From IMG/VR virus record IMGVR_UViG_3300009184_005738, positions 1 to 55,940 of that record: a DNA stretch of 55,940 nt, one strand, 5' to 3'. The translations under genes and the position numbers were made by a program. This stretch comes from a virus. Lineage: Duplodnaviria; Caudoviricetes. Below are positions 54,782-55,940 of this stretch, in pieces. Below the pieces are notes generated by a model. The model searched no databases, had not been told where the DNA came from, and worked only from the letters and a program-made list of their open reading frames with translations. Position 1 is the stretch's first letter, and each line of letters begins with the position of its first letter.

Positions 54782-55278
54782 TTAGTATGTTCGTGCAGGT
54801 CCCATGCTACAGAAACTGTCGAGACGTTTTTAGTGTTTGCACTTCGCTTTCTAGCTTTACGGAATTTGCGCCCATCTCCACCAAAGGTGGCATTGAGCAG
54901 TTCTCTTATTGCCATACCACCTGAGAACCAAGCACCTAGTGGAGATCCAGCTAGCAAGAATGCGATAAACATCGCAAGACTAACTAGGAGACCTGCTATA
55001 GGGCCGGCCATGGAGATGGCACGGATCTTCTCAGCATCCTTTGTTGGTATCCAAGTCGCACCTACTGCGATAGGACCTAATGGAATAAACAAAGGCAATG
55101 CTGCTTTTGCGTTAAGGAGTTTGGCTGCACCAAAATGACCAAGTTCATGGGCTATTAGAACAGCCATAAGCATGACAATCAACCAGTAAGGATAGAACAT
55201 AAGCATGACTGCTGCAGATGCAGCAACTGTGCCCATAAACCATCCAATTTGGGTTAAGGACCAGCTTATTTTACTCAT
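54763..55278 (-). CDS. site-2 (M50) intramembrane metalloprotease, minimal (paralogue)
   Basis: HELGH, PLFIP..GAT, SMAGP, N.TFGGDG. Confidence 0.82.
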   Translation of the reverse strand: MSKISWSLTQIGWFMGTVAASAAVMLMFYPYWLIVMLMAVLIAHELGHFGAAKLLNAKAALPLFIPLGPIAVGATWIPTKDAEKIRAISMAGPIAGLLVSLAMFIAFLLAGSPLGAWFSGGMAIRELLNATFGGDGRKFRKARKRSANTKNVSTVSVAWDLHEHTNWRVAQ

Positions 55279-55640
55279 TTGATCTCAAATGTCTGGTTGA
55301 TAAGTTCATGCGTTTTACCTTTAGGGTAGAAACGAAGAACTTGGAGACGTAGCTGATTATCATCTTGGGTTGTCAAAATTTTGCCTTGAATGCCACCATA
55401 TTTTGCGTTATGCAGCCACGATATTTGACGAGTCTCTGGGCTTTCAAGAACCCATTTTGTATTAGGGGAATCTTTTCGAAGGTTTTGTGTAGCGATAGCA
55501 AACGCTCCGAAAAAGGTTCTACGAAACAAAGAATACTGGTCGTCTACGTTTTCAATAACTAGAGTGTCTTTACCGATTCTTCCGATACGGGACGGACCGT
55601 AAAGAGCATTGTGGATAGTCACCATTACATCAGCGTTCAT
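55275..55640 (-). CDS. hypothetical protein
   Basis: AGGAG RBS. Confidence 0.65.
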   Translation of the reverse strand: MNADVMVTIHNALYGPSRIGRIGKDTLVIENVDDQYSLFRRTFFGAFAIATQNLRKDSPNTKWVLESPETRQISWLHNAKYGGIQGKILTTQDDNQLRLQVLRFYPKGKTHELINQTFEIK

Positions 55641-55830
55641 ACTATGATACTCCTATTCATGGTATAAACCTATATAAATTAAGTGGAAAATTTACATAGA
55701 TTTTGGATGTTTTGTGTGTTTTAAGATGTTAACGGTTACATTATTGGATTTTTATTTATAAAACGTCATACATATACAAAATAGCACCGTTAACATTTTT
55801 GTGATTTAAGATCTTATAAAAGCAAGGGTT

Positions 55831-55860
55831 GTGGAAGCCGGCCCGCAGGCCGACCCCCAC
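55831..55860 (-). terminator. GC-rich hairpin after the partial gene
   Basis: gtgg...cggcc-tgcg-ggccg...ccac stem just downstream of the stop at 55872. Confidence 0.5.
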
Positions 55861-55871
55861 GTCCCAGTGGT

Positions 55872-55940
55872 TCAGAAAGGATCCTCTTCAAGCGATCCAT
55901 CAGTTGAAGCAGTGGTGTCGATGACCGATGAGGTGGTCAT
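55872..55940 (-). CDS. 3' end of a gene with an SSB-like acidic tail (partial)
   Basis: reads ...TTSSVIDTTASTDGSLEEDPF*. Confidence 0.55.
   Translation of the reverse strand: MTTSSVIDTTASTDGSLEEDPF

Overview
This 56-kb window is part of a large, AT-rich dsDNA bacteriophage genome. The host is most likely an actinobacterium, given two WhiB-family regulators, an Rpf-like transglycosylase, an MSMEG_6728/DenV-like gene and leaderless -10 promoters. Bases 1-12 kb (+ strand) carry a replication, transcription and lysis block: a fused AEP primase, DnaE, a Cas4/RecB-like nuclease, an endonuclease, a sigma factor, a collar tail protein, an amidase endolysin and a holin-like protein. Bases 12-56 kb (- strand) are a long accessory region with 7 canonical tRNAs, a tmRNA, several tRNA-like oddities and many hypothetical genes. 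The most notable system is an apparently complete phage-encoded prokaryotic ubiquitin-like conjugation pathway. A core operon (E2-like, JAB peptidase, Cys-rich ORF, ThiF/E1, Ubl ending AGEKG; 28.0-32.4 kb) is supplemented by three further dispersed E2-like paralogues, a candidate second Ubl and an AAA+ ATPase. The JAB gene ends on an in-frame G-GGA-AAA heptamer whose -1 frame runs directly into the Cys-rich ORF, which suggests a programmed frameshift giving two JAB isoforms. All functional calls come from motifs recognised by eye; no searches were run.
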